A DNA stretch of 64,000 nt from Patescibacteria group bacterium. GTDB taxonomy: Bacteria; Patescibacteriota; Saccharimonadia; UBA4664; SCTI01. Positions 19,518-28,629 of the stretch are shown in pieces. The stretch lies in NCBI GenBank assembly GCA_004297735.1, contig SCTI01000002.1:160-64159 (forward strand). The letters run 5' to 3'. The position numbers and the translations under genes are program-made. The notes beneath the pieces are model-generated. The model saw only the letters and a list, made by a program, of their open reading frames with translations, made no database searches and had not been told where the DNA came from. The first letter of the stretch is position 1; each line of letters begins with the position of its first letter.

Positions 19518-19883
19518 GGTGACCTCCAGGGTCGTGGGACGGATGAACTTGATGAATCGGCTGACGAACTTGTCAGCCGTCTGGCGGGTGAGGTGCACGT
19601 TGGGCATGACCCCTCCTTTCGGATGGCTGACAAGACTACCGCGTAGCCCAACTACGCGGTTACGGTGATGTGTACCGAAACCTGGGAATATATCGTGGGC
19701 GGCACAAATATATTCCCAGAGTACGGCACACAGCCTAATCGCGTAGAGGACTGTGCAAATGTCTAGTTCTATAGGTATCAAGGGTCTTGATGACCCATGA
19801 CTATCTAGCTTGTCAATGTCCCCTCATCTGAACCAGTTCGGTTGATTTCTCCACCTCACCTCTGTTCTTCAGAGTGAATATAA

Positions 19884-19916
19884 CAATATATCATGCTTAT
19901 GCATTTTTGTCAATAC
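19884..19916 (-). promoter_or_regulatory. Consensus promoter TTGACA-N17-TATATT upstream of the 18195-19517 gene
   Basis: minus-strand reading AAGTATTGACAAAAATGCATAAGCATGATATATT; related to promoters at 2.6, 21.0, 21.6 kb. Confidence 0.5.
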
Positions 19917-20032
19917 TTAAGCTGTATAAAATGCTTATGATTTTAGTGCATTCTCATAAGATATAATTCCTGTGCTTGGGGCCAGATCGTACAATCTGAT
20001 CTGACCCCAGTTCTCTATCTATTCCGAACCTG

Positions 20033-20956
20033 TTAACGTTCGGCGGTCCAGGTTGAGACCATGGCAGAGGCGCGGAGTTCATTGGCCGTGAAGCCTCTGT
20101 TCTCGTTGTTCCGCCCGAACTGCCCTGTATTCCAAGGGTCTGCCAGGTAGAACTTGCCCTGCTTAAAGCCGCGGATCACCAAAAAGTGTCCGCCTCCTGT
20201 AAACGGTCCAGGAGCAAAGAGAATGATCGCGAGACCACCTCTTTGAACGGTATTGGCTACCAAACCGAGATCTCCTCCTGTGCGGCGGGCCTCAAGCCCC
20301 ATACTCAGGAGGGCGGTCAAGATGATGTCTCCGCCACCATGGAAGTAGCTCAACACTCCACCCTGGATAATCTGACTGCAGTACTTGCGAGCCAGACTAA
20401 CAGGAGAGACCCTGCTTCCAGGATGAAGCGTCCGGCCCACCATAGTGAGAGCCGTCACGCCGCAACCCGAACCCTTGATCGTTCTGCCGCCACCGAGGCG
20501 ACAAAACGGCTTGCCTCCCCACTTCTTCGAGGTTTGGTTGAGGCTGACCATCGGATAATGTCCACCGATGGTGTAGCCAAATCCCCTCTTAAAGGGGCGG
20601 ATGTGCGCGCCTGATTGACGCTGAGGGTTCGACGGATGGCGACGAGCCGGCTTGGTGGCCGACTTCGGTGCCTTATCGGTACCCTCTTCTCCCTTCACAA
20701 TCCCCAGATCTTCAATGGTTGTCTCATCTGGAGGAAGCGGCGGGAGCTCGGTCGCAACCGGCGGGGGTGCCTCCGTCGAAGGGGGCAAGGTTTCTTCGGG
20801 TGGGGGCGAAGAATTTGGATCCTCAACCACCACCGTTTCACCGTTACCGGTGATGACGGTTTGAGCCATACCCGAAGCGGGTGCCCAGGTCGCGATCGCC
20901 AGCGTAGCGCTGGCAACCAAAGCCAGGATAATGCTGATGAAGCGTGACATGTACAC
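20033..20956 (-). CDS. Secreted protein with C39-like (papain-fold) cysteine peptidase domain; high-G+C xenolog
   Basis: Signal peptide, Pro-rich linker, then GSGCGVTALTMV (catalytic Cys motif like GCGPTSLAMV), GGGHFLVIRG (His motif), ADPW as in Peptidase_C39_2; SD AGAGGTG. Confidence 0.6.
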   Translation of the reverse strand: MYMSRFISIILALVASATLAIATWAPASGMAQTVITGNGETVVVEDPNSSPPPEETLPPSTEAPPPVATELPPLPPDETTIEDLGIVKGEEGTDKAPKSATKPARRHPSNPQRQSGAHIRPFKRGFGYTIGGHYPMVSLNQTSKKWGGKPFCRLGGGRTIKGSGCGVTALTMVGRTLHPGSRVSPVSLARKYCSQIIQGGVLSYFHGGGDIILTALLSMGLEARRTGGDLGLVANTVQRGGLAIILFAPGPFTGGGHFLVIRGFKQGKFYLADPWNTGQFGRNNENRGFTANELRASAMVSTWTAER

Positions 20957-21002
20957 CTCTAGAGGTTGAATTTTCAGAGAACGTGTCCCTTTACGGGATA
21001 TT

Positions 21003-21036
21003 ACACTATATAATACTTTTGTTTTTTTGTCAATCT
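21003..21036 (-). promoter_or_regulatory. Consensus promoter ATTGACAAAAAAAC..TATA(T/G) upstream of the C39-like gene
   Basis: minus-strand reading AGATTGACAAAAAAACAAAAGTATTATATAGT. Confidence 0.45.
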
Positions 21037-21142
21037 AAGAATCGACTATGTTTAATCTGGTTTTCATCTGTTGAGCGTGGATTCGTGGGAGGTAAAGTGG
21101 GGCCCTGGAGCGGCAGAGTTGCCGCCCCAGGGTTGAGTCGCA

Positions 21143-21430
21143 TCAAAAGCAGGGCCGATGGGCCCAGTACTGGACCGAGTATGAGGGGTAGCCAGCCACC
21201 CTGACTACCTCGACCCAGCGAGTGAGCAGAGGCGCCGAGATGGTGACTTCCTCAAAGTCAAGGCACATCCGGTAAAGCTTTCCGCTGCTGCTCCATCCGG
21301 TGTTGTTGTACGGGCTTGCCGGGGCCTTGGTTGCTGCGGCTGCCCAAAAACAGCACAAGCCGGCCGACAGCAGCATGATGAGCAGGAATGCTCGCCAGCC
21401 CCGGCGGTACAACGACATCAGGTGTGACAT
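21143..21430 (-). CDS. Small hypothetical membrane/secreted protein; high-G+C
   Basis: 95 aa, SD GAGGAGGG 9 nt upstream; N-terminal hydrophobic segment AFLLIMLLSAGLCCFWAAAA. Confidence 0.45.
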   Translation of the reverse strand: MSHLMSLYRRGWRAFLLIMLLSAGLCCFWAAAATKAPASPYNNTGWSSSGKLYRMCLDFEEVTISAPLLTRWVEVVRVAGYPSYSVQYWAHRPCF

Positions 21431-21586
21431 AATCTGGCACCCTCCTCAGGGCTTCAAGATCTACAGATCGTGAACTTCTGCGGTAGGGCATCCGTGCCCC
21501 TCCTATGTGGTTGCTTTCCTATCTGATACGACTCTGGGTGACTTGATCACCCACGAATCAACACATCGCTGTCAACGTACGATGGA

Positions 21587-21620
21587 CAAATATACCATAA
21601 AGCTTACGTTTTGTCAATGA
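21587..21620 (-). promoter_or_regulatory. Consensus promoter TTGACA-N17-TATATT upstream of the 21143-21430 gene
   Basis: minus-strand reading TCATTGACAAAACGTAAGCTTTATGGTATATT; contains CTGTAAAATC word also present in the 2.6-kb promoter. Confidence 0.45.
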
Positions 21621-21701
21621 TTTTACAGCACTGTATAGCTGATTTAATTACCAGTTAATTAAAAATTCGACAGATAGAACGATCTGGATTATGGTCGATA
21701 T

Positions 21702-21947
21702 ATGAACTATATTGATCAGCCTGGCTACGAGGAGTTTAAGGAAGCAATAAAGCGCTTCCACCCCGACACTCAAGAGCGTTTATTGCGCATACATGCTAAA
21801 AATGAGCAAAGGTGGAGAGCTCACGATGAAGATTTTTACGCAGTTATTGAGGATACAACTCAGATGAAGAAGTTATTACGACGGATTAAAAAGCGTCTTG
21901 ATGCATTTGAAAATAAGTCTAAAGCGGTCGGGACAAGAAAAGCCTAA
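21702..21947 (+). CDS. Hypothetical small basic protein (native G+C)
   Basis: 81 aa ORF divergent from the GC-rich array; no recognised domain. Confidence 0.35.
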   Translation: MNYIDQPGYEEFKEAIKRFHPDTQERLLRIHAKNEQRWRAHDEDFYAVIEDTTQMKKLLRRIKKRLDAFENKSKAVGTRKA

Positions 21948-24556
21948 CGTCGTTTTTTGCGTTTTTTGTTTGCCTTTTTAGAGCCCCCAGATGAGCTCTT
22001 TTGTCGTCTAGCAGCACGGTTGCCACCAGATGGAGCAACCTCTTCCCCATCTGATCCGGCCTGGCTCATATCGCTGAGCTCGTGGGCCTGGGCAGCGGCC
22101 CGGGTCATAGCGGTCTGGACCTGTTCACCGGCTGGTTCAATGGTCAGGCTGGCGCGTAAGATTGAATTGGCAATCTCCGCCTCCATAATCTGGATCAGCC
22201 GATTAAATAGGTTGTGACTTTCGCGCTTGTACTCAATTAACGGATCGCGCTGACCAATGGCACGCAGGCCAATACCTTCACGCAGTCGCTCCATGGCCTC
22301 CAGGTGCTCAATCCATAACCGGTCGAGTATCTGCAGGTAAACCAGCCGCTCCAGCAAGCGCATCGCCTCCGACCCCATCTGTTGTTCCCTGGAATCATAC
22401 AGCTTAGCGGTGTAACCAATTAGGATTTGAGCCACATCTCGCGGGTCAGCATCCTTAACCTGATCTATTACCGACTGGTCCAACATCATGCCGGCCTGGA
22501 CCTGTTCAACCACCTTATCGGTATCAAGTATGCCGGTACGCTGATCGGTGTGAGCTTCAACCAACACCGTCATCTCGTGAGCCAGCATCTTCTCAATCTC
22601 TTCCCTCAGGTTGGCGTGCTTGAGCGCCGCCTTGCGTCGGCTGTAAATCACCTCACGGTGTCGGTTCATTACATCGTCAAACTCAACCACCTGCTTGCGA
22701 ATGTCGAAGTTGTGCCCCTCCACCTTCTTTTGGGCGTTTTCAAGACTACGACTAACCACGCCGCTCTCAATCGGCGTTTCGTCGTCAACACCTAGACTTT
22801 GCATCAAACCGGCCACTCGCTCGCCACCAAAGATGCGCATCAGATCATCTTCGAGCGAGACATAAAAACGGGTTGAGCCTGGGTCACCCTGGCGCCCAGC
22901 GCGACCACGCAGCTGGTTGTCGATCCGACGAGACTCGTTGCGCTCGGTACCAATTACGTACAAACCGCCAACCTCCTGCACTCCTTCGCCCAACACAATA
23001 TCGGTACCACGACCGGCGATGTTGGTGGCAAGCGTCACCGCCCCCGGCTGGCCGGCATCGGCCACAATTGAGGCCTCGCGTTCGTTGTTTTTGGCGTTGA
23101 GCACTCGGTGCGGAATCTTAGCCTTACTTAGCAACTGGCTCAGCATTTCGTTCTTAGCGATTGAGGCAGTACCAACCAACACCGGCTGACCGGCCTGGTG
23201 TCGCTCGGCAATATCACCCACCACGGCGTTAAACTTACCCATCTGAGTACGATAAATTCGATCTGGATGGTCAATTCGGATATTGGGTTTGTTGGTTGGA
23301 ACCACCACCACATCTAGCTCATAGACCTTAAAGAACTCCTCTTTTTCGGTCGCGGCGGTACCGGTCATACCGGCCAGCTTCTGGTAAAGGCGGAAGTAGT
23401 TCTGGAAGGTGATGGTGGCTAGCGTCATCGATTCCTGACGAATCTCAACCCCCTCTTTGGCCTCAATCGCCTGGTGTAGACCCTCGCTGTAGCGACGACC
23501 GTGCATTAAGCGACCGGTGAACTCGTCCACAATAATGATCTCGTTTTCGCGCACCACGTAATCTCGATCCTTGAGGTAGAGCGACTGAGCCTTGAGCGAC
23601 TGCTCAACGTGGTGAACGTCCTCAATCCGACCGGCTTCGTAAACATTATCAACACCTAAAGCCTTTTCCAGCTTACAAATACCATCGTCGGTAACACTGA
23701 CCGCCTTTTGCTTTTCGTCCAAGGTGTAATCTGTCCCCTCCTGTAAACCCTGGGCCAAGCGGGCAAACTGACGATACTTGTCGGTGCTTTCGCCGGCCGG
23801 GGCGCTAATGATGAGTGGAGTCCGTGACTCGTCAATCAAGATAGAGTCGACCTCGTCAACAATGGCGTAGGCCAGATCACGCTGCACCATCGCTGGCTCT
23901 TCATTAACCATATTGTCGCGCAAGTAATCAAAACCAAACTCGTTGTTGGTACCGTAGGTAATATCGGCGGTATAGGCTTCGCGGCGGCTAACCGGGCGCA
24001 GATGTTTGAGTCGGACGTCGTCAACACCTTCGGCCCCATAGTCCGGATCGTACAGATAAGCTGATACACCAAAGGTCGCCTGTGGCACAATCACCCCGGT
24101 GGTCAAGCCAAGCGCATGGTAAATCTGAGCCATCCAGCCGGCGTCACGTCGTGCCAGATAGTCGTTAACGGTCACCACGTGAACGCCCTTACCGGCCAAA
24201 GCGTTAAGGTAGGTTGGCGCGGTAGCAACCAGGGTCTTACCCTCACCGGTCCGCATTTCGGCGATTTTACCCTGGTGGAGCACGATTCCGCCGATTAGCT
24301 GGACATCATAATGGCGCTGGCCAATGGTGCGCCTGGCGGCTTCGCGAACCGTGGCAAAGGCTTCGGGCAGGAGATCATCGATGCCGACACCTTCTTTGGC
24401 AAGCTGATCTTTGAGCTTTTGGGTCTGATCTTTGAGCTTAGCATCGGATAATTTCTTGGTTTTGGCTTCGAGTGCGTTGACCTGTTCAACCAGCCGCTGA
24501 GCGCGGTTGACTTCGCGGGAACTGGTATCGCCAAAAATGCGCTGCAACAACTTCAT
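21944..24556 (-). CDS. secA: Preprotein translocase ATPase SecA
   Basis: 870 aa; DEAD-like motor motifs (MRTGEGKTLVA, DEVDSILIDE), preprotein cross-linking and wing/scaffold domains. Confidence 0.95.
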   Translation of the reverse strand: MKLLQRIFGDTSSREVNRAQRLVEQVNALEAKTKKLSDAKLKDQTQKLKDQLAKEGVGIDDLLPEAFATVREAARRTIGQRHYDVQLIGGIVLHQGKIAEMRTGEGKTLVATAPTYLNALAGKGVHVVTVNDYLARRDAGWMAQIYHALGLTTGVIVPQATFGVSAYLYDPDYGAEGVDDVRLKHLRPVSRREAYTADITYGTNNEFGFDYLRDNMVNEEPAMVQRDLAYAIVDEVDSILIDESRTPLIISAPAGESTDKYRQFARLAQGLQEGTDYTLDEKQKAVSVTDDGICKLEKALGVDNVYEAGRIEDVHHVEQSLKAQSLYLKDRDYVVRENEIIIVDEFTGRLMHGRRYSEGLHQAIEAKEGVEIRQESMTLATITFQNYFRLYQKLAGMTGTAATEKEEFFKVYELDVVVVPTNKPNIRIDHPDRIYRTQMGKFNAVVGDIAERHQAGQPVLVGTASIAKNEMLSQLLSKAKIPHRVLNAKNNEREASIVADAGQPGAVTLATNIAGRGTDIVLGEGVQEVGGLYVIGTERNESRRIDNQLRGRAGRQGDPGSTRFYVSLEDDLMRIFGGERVAGLMQSLGVDDETPIESGVVSRSLENAQKKVEGHNFDIRKQVVEFDDVMNRHREVIYSRRKAALKHANLREEIEKMLAHEMTVLVEAHTDQRTGILDTDKVVEQVQAGMMLDQSVIDQVKDADPRDVAQILIGYTAKLYDSREQQMGSEAMRLLERLVYLQILDRLWIEHLEAMERLREGIGLRAIGQRDPLIEYKRESHNLFNRLIQIMEAEIANSILRASLTIEPAGEQVQTAMTRAAAQAHELSDMSQAGSDGEEVAPSGGNRAARRQKSSSGGSKKANKKRKKRR

Positions 24557-24607
24557 AACCTGGTTATTTTAGCACATTTCTCCAGGTGTGACAGGCTCTT
24601 TAAGTGA

Positions 24608-24985
24608 CTACTGTGTATCAACTGGTGGGTAATCAGATTCAGCGACTTGATTACCTCGCCGACGCGGACGGTGCGAGCTATGCTTATCCTTATACTTGAT
24701 AATCTGGGACTTTAGCTTTTGCTCAACAATATCAACCGCAGCATACAAGTTAACCGTGCCCTCCTTGGCAAACATGTCTACGCCGGGCACGTCTAGACGC
24801 ACCTCGCAAATATACTGGTAGCCCTCGCCGGCGCTTTTATCAAACTCCAGTACCACCTTACCCTTGGCGATGGCATGACCTTTGGGCATGTAACGATCCA
24901 GCTGACCAATCTTACGCCCTACGTAGTCCTGTAGCTTGTCGTCCAGCTCCTCGTGATGGCGAGCGGTTAACTGTAGGTTAATCAT
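24608..24985 (-). CDS. hpf: Ribosome hibernation promoting factor / RaiA family
   Basis: 125 aa, beta-alpha-beta-beta-beta-alpha fold signature (MINLQLTARHHEELDDKLQDYV...). Confidence 0.75.
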   Translation of the reverse strand: MINLQLTARHHEELDDKLQDYVGRKIGQLDRYMPKGHAIAKGKVVLEFDKSAGEGYQYICEVRLDVPGVDMFAKEGTVNLYAAVDIVEQKLKSQIIKYKDKHSSHRPRRRGNQVAESDYPPVDTQ

Positions 24986-26208
24986 AGCGTCTTACCTCCA
25001 TAGTAGGTTTGCAGGGCTTCTGGTATGGCCACAGTACCATCCTCGGCCTGATGATTCTCAAGCAACGCAATTAGCAGGCGACTGGTTGCCACGGCGGTGC
25101 CATTTAGGGTATGCACGTGCTCCAGGCTACCATCTTCCTTTCGGGCGCGAATATTTAAGCGGCGAGCCTGATAATCAGTCACATTACTACAGCTGGTGAG
25201 TTCGCGATAGCTGCCATCAACCGGGCTCCAGTACTCAATGTCGTACTTCTTGTAGGCCGGGGCACCCAGATCGCCAGCCGCAATCCGTACCAGCCGATAC
25301 GGGATCTCTAGTTCATGGCAGATCCGTTCCTCAACCTCAACCAGCTTTTGATGCCATTTTTCGCTATCTTCGGGCGAGCAGAACACATACATTTCTAACT
25401 TATTAAACTGATGCACTCTGTATAAGCCCTTACTGTGTTTGCCGTAAGCCCCCGCCTCCTGGCGATAAGCCGGACTGTAGCCAGCATAGAGTAGCGGCAG
25501 CTGATCGGCTTCCAGGATTTCGTCGGCATGATAGCCGGTTAGCGGGATTTCGGCGGTAGCAATCAAGTTAAGGTCGTCGCCCTCAATCTCGTAGATCTGG
25601 CGCTCCTCACCGCGAGGGCTAAAACCGGTCCCGTTCATGGTGCGAGTGTTAGCCATATGCGGCACGCTCATTAGAGTAAAGCCCTCTTTTTCAAGCAGAT
25701 CCATGGCCATGTTTACCACCGCCATCTCGAGGCGGACCAAGGCGCCCTTTAAAAAGTAGAACTTGGCGCCGGCCACCTTGGCGCCACGCTCGAAGTCAAT
25801 CCAGTCGTTGGCTTCACCAAGAGTTAAATGATCCTTAACTCCGTCGCGCTTTTCGGCCTTGCCCCAGGTCCTTTCCTCACGATTATCCTCTTCCCCGCCT
25901 TCGGGTGTGTCAGTGGCAAGCAAGTTTGGAATCTGTTGCAGAACTGCATCCAGCTTTTCGGTGGTTTGCTTAAGCTGTTTTTCGAGCGGTTCAAGCTCGG
26001 CCTTGGCCTGCTGTAGGGCCTTGAGCTCATCCTCGCTAGGCTTACCCTTAACGTTCAGCTGGGCGCGGAGCTGCTCAACCTTGGCAATTTGCTGGGCGCG
26101 ATCGGCATCAAGTTTGATGGCTGCCTTTATATCAACCTTAATTCCTCTCTGCTCAGCTGAGGTTTGGTAATCTTCGGGGTTGGCTCGGAGGTTTTTGATA
26201 TCAATCAT
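24982..26208 (-). CDS. serS: Serine--tRNA ligase
   Basis: 408 aa; N-terminal coiled-coil arm and class II core motifs. Confidence 0.9.
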   Translation of the reverse strand: MIDIKNLRANPEDYQTSAEQRGIKVDIKAAIKLDADRAQQIAKVEQLRAQLNVKGKPSEDELKALQQAKAELEPLEKQLKQTTEKLDAVLQQIPNLLATDTPEGGEEDNREERTWGKAEKRDGVKDHLTLGEANDWIDFERGAKVAGAKFYFLKGALVRLEMAVVNMAMDLLEKEGFTLMSVPHMANTRTMNGTGFSPRGEERQIYEIEGDDLNLIATAEIPLTGYHADEILEADQLPLLYAGYSPAYRQEAGAYGKHSKGLYRVHQFNKLEMYVFCSPEDSEKWHQKLVEVEERICHELEIPYRLVRIAAGDLGAPAYKKYDIEYWSPVDGSYRELTSCSNVTDYQARRLNIRARKEDGSLEHVHTLNGTAVATSRLLIALLENHQAEDGTVAIPEALQTYYGGKTL

Positions 26209-26286
26209 AATAGCTTTATTATAGCGTGCCTAAAGGCTTTTTTATAGGTTGATTGTTACACAAATCAAGCCAAACTCCGGTCTTTA

Positions 26287-27822
26287 TTAGCTTTGTCGCT
26301 TCAAGCGTTTTGTTAGCCAATCGCGATCAAGACTGGCCAAGAACCAGCCCGCCTTTGGACCGTATAGCTTACCCAGGATGACTTGATAAAGCGCCTGGAA
26401 GGCTTCTTTGGGTTGGAGCTCGGCCTCATCTTTGGCGGCATAAATCAGCTGGTGCATGGTTTGGCCATCAATATCGCCAGAATGATCTTCAATTTTAGTA
26501 GCAAGTAGGTCGAGGAACTTCTGCTGGGCGGCGCTAAGGTCGGCTTGAGGAAGCTCTTTTTGAACCTGGAATTTTACTTCATCCGGAGCGTATTTTTCGA
26601 GCCAGTTTTTGACAAAGGTGAGTTCGGCAATAATGATATCGCGCTCGTTTTCAACCTCGTCTTTGTAATCGGTGCGGCGGAGTACTTCGAGCGTTTGCCC
26701 CTCGTCTCCCTGGGCGGCCTGATACACCTGAACCAGGTGCTTAAACGGTACGCTGGAAATCACGCGTTTGGTGTCACCGGCCACCGCAAAGTTGTAGGCA
26801 TCACGAAACTCATGATCCGGATCATCCTGAACGGCAGCAAACTCATCGATTAAGTTATAGAGGCCTTGACCGGGATCAAAGATCAGCTTTCGCTCGGGGC
26901 GGCTGCGAACAATAAAGTAACGCAGGATTTCAGCCGGCATAATTTTGAGAGCTTCTTCAGGGGTAACTCCATTACCCTTTGATGAGCTCATCTTGATATT
27001 TTCGCCAGGACGATGAATGTGACCGTAGCGCGCCGCATCGTACGGCGGCTCGATGCCAAAAATATCGCGAGCAAAATCTACGCCGGTGTCGTACGAGCTA
27101 CCGGAGGCGCCATGCTCTTGGGCGCCAAATGGCTCAACCTGCACGCCTAGCAGAGCCCAGCGCGCCGGCCAGTCGAGACGCCAATCGAGCTTTACTCGTC
27201 CATCATTAAATGGCGTATCGTTAATGGTTTCTTTATCTTTATTGAAAGTATTGAGCTCTCCCTTGGCAAACCGGTTGTCTTCCTGTAACACCGTTACCGG
27301 AGTCCAGTCGGCCGGTAGTTCACGGTTTGATTTTGCTTTAAAGATTTCGCGAATGCGATCAACTTTTGAAAGTGCCTGAGTAATGTACGGAGCCATCTTG
27401 CCAGGCTGATACAGGTCACGGTAGCTTCGAATAATCTCCGGCTTGATTCCCATTGGCTCAAGATGCTGCTCAAACTCAGCAAAAAAGTGGTCGGCATAGG
27501 ATCCGTACTTTGAATCGGTTGGGTTTGGCACCAAACTAATTGGCCAACCCACATACTGCTCAAACTCCTTTGGTAAAAAGTCATAGCGTTTACGTAATGG
27601 GTCAAAGTCGTCCACCACGTGAAGATGGCGAGCCTGGCGACCACGCTGGCGCACCGCCCAGGTTAAGGCCTCGGCGGTCATAATCTCACGGAAATGCCCA
27701 ATGTGGTATGAGGCCGATGGCGAAATGCCGCTCGACACGATAATCTCGCCGTCTGGGTAGCGGCGGATAATCTCGTCGGCGGCTAGGTCGAGCCAAAAAT
27801 TGCTGGTTTTGGTTTCGCTCAT
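26287..27822 (-). CDS. lysS: Lysine--tRNA ligase, class I (LysK-type)
   Basis: 511 aa; VSSGISPSASYHIGHFREIMTAEAL (HIGH region of class I LysRS) and KMSSSKGNG (KMSKS). Confidence 0.7.
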   Translation of the reverse strand: MSETKTSNFWLDLAADEIIRRYPDGEIIVSSGISPSASYHIGHFREIMTAEALTWAVRQRGRQARHLHVVDDFDPLRKRYDFLPKEFEQYVGWPISLVPNPTDSKYGSYADHFFAEFEQHLEPMGIKPEIIRSYRDLYQPGKMAPYITQALSKVDRIREIFKAKSNRELPADWTPVTVLQEDNRFAKGELNTFNKDKETINDTPFNDGRVKLDWRLDWPARWALLGVQVEPFGAQEHGASGSSYDTGVDFARDIFGIEPPYDAARYGHIHRPGENIKMSSSKGNGVTPEEALKIMPAEILRYFIVRSRPERKLIFDPGQGLYNLIDEFAAVQDDPDHEFRDAYNFAVAGDTKRVISSVPFKHLVQVYQAAQGDEGQTLEVLRRTDYKDEVENERDIIIAELTFVKNWLEKYAPDEVKFQVQKELPQADLSAAQQKFLDLLATKIEDHSGDIDGQTMHQLIYAAKDEAELQPKEAFQALYQVILGKLYGPKAGWFLASLDRDWLTKRLKRQS

Positions 27823-27906
27823 ATGATGTGATTTTACCTTAGTTATTGCTTTCTATAAACCAAAATGAGCCCGAGTGGGCTCATTTACCGGTGATCAAAG
27901 TCTATT

Positions 27907-28383
27907 TTATTCGATATGCTTGATCTTGTAGGTCATAGTGCCCGAAGGAACCGAAATCTCAACCTCTTCACCCTTGCCCTTGCCCATAAGCGCCTGGCCG
28001 ATTGGTGACTCATTCGAAATCTTACCGAGCTCCGGATTGGCCTCGGTGGAGCCAACGATGGTGTACTTCTGTTCACCATCTTCAAGCTCCAAGTGTACGG
28101 TCGAGCCAATATCAACCTTGTCGGTCTTTTTGGGAGCCTTAATGATTACCACGTTGCGCAAAATCTGCTCAACCTCGGCAATGCGCCCTTCCACAAATGA
28201 CTGGTGCTCTTTGGCAGCATCCCAAGAAGCGTTTTCGCTAAGGTCACCAAACTCCTTGGCCTCCTTCAGCTCCTTAGCAATCTGGGGACGCTGATTTTTG
28301 GTCAAATCCTCCAGCTCGGCCTTGAGCTTTTCAACGCCTTCCTTGGTTAGGTAAAACTCTTTTTTAGTTGTAGGTGCACTCAT
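27907..28383 (-). CDS. greA: Transcription elongation factor GreA
   Basis: 158 aa; coiled-coil N-domain and FKBP-like C-domain; GDLSENA acidic tip motif. Confidence 0.9.
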   Translation of the reverse strand: MSAPTTKKEFYLTKEGVEKLKAELEDLTKNQRPQIAKELKEAKEFGDLSENASWDAAKEHQSFVEGRIAEVEQILRNVVIIKAPKKTDKVDIGSTVHLELEDGEQKYTIVGSTEANPELGKISNESPIGQALMGKGKGEEVEISVPSGTMTYKIKHIE

Positions 28384-28629
28384 GTGTGCCTCCTTTCTTG
28401 TTCCCTCATTTTTTGCTTGGCATAAAAACGCCCGAGGAAAAACCTCGGTGCCAGGCAGAGTCTATAAGCTTAAAAGTAAGTGCGGACACTTACGATGTAA
28501 TGTATTGTCCCGCAGCCAACGCCTAAGGTCAAGCGTTACTCTTGTTAATGTGGTTTAAAAGCAGTATTTGGGCTTAACAAAGGTAAAGTTTTTAAATACA
28601 AGCGTTGTTATTGACTGACATTAGCGTCT

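Noticed and set aside
18198-19646. 482-aa plus-strand ORF antisense to the GC-rich secreted-protein gene
   Set aside because: Arg/Gly/Ala-rich translation without motifs. It is the usual stop-free antisense frame of a high-G+C gene, and the sense strand has SD, signal peptide and a promoter.
19608-19781. Upstream in-frame starts extending the Cys-rich secreted protein to 470-528 aa
   Set aside because: The extensions would bury a textbook signal peptide (MFRKVMLSIAAVVAAILMSFGAAAPAQA) internally. The ATG at 19517 has the better-spaced SD, so the region is treated as 5' UTR.
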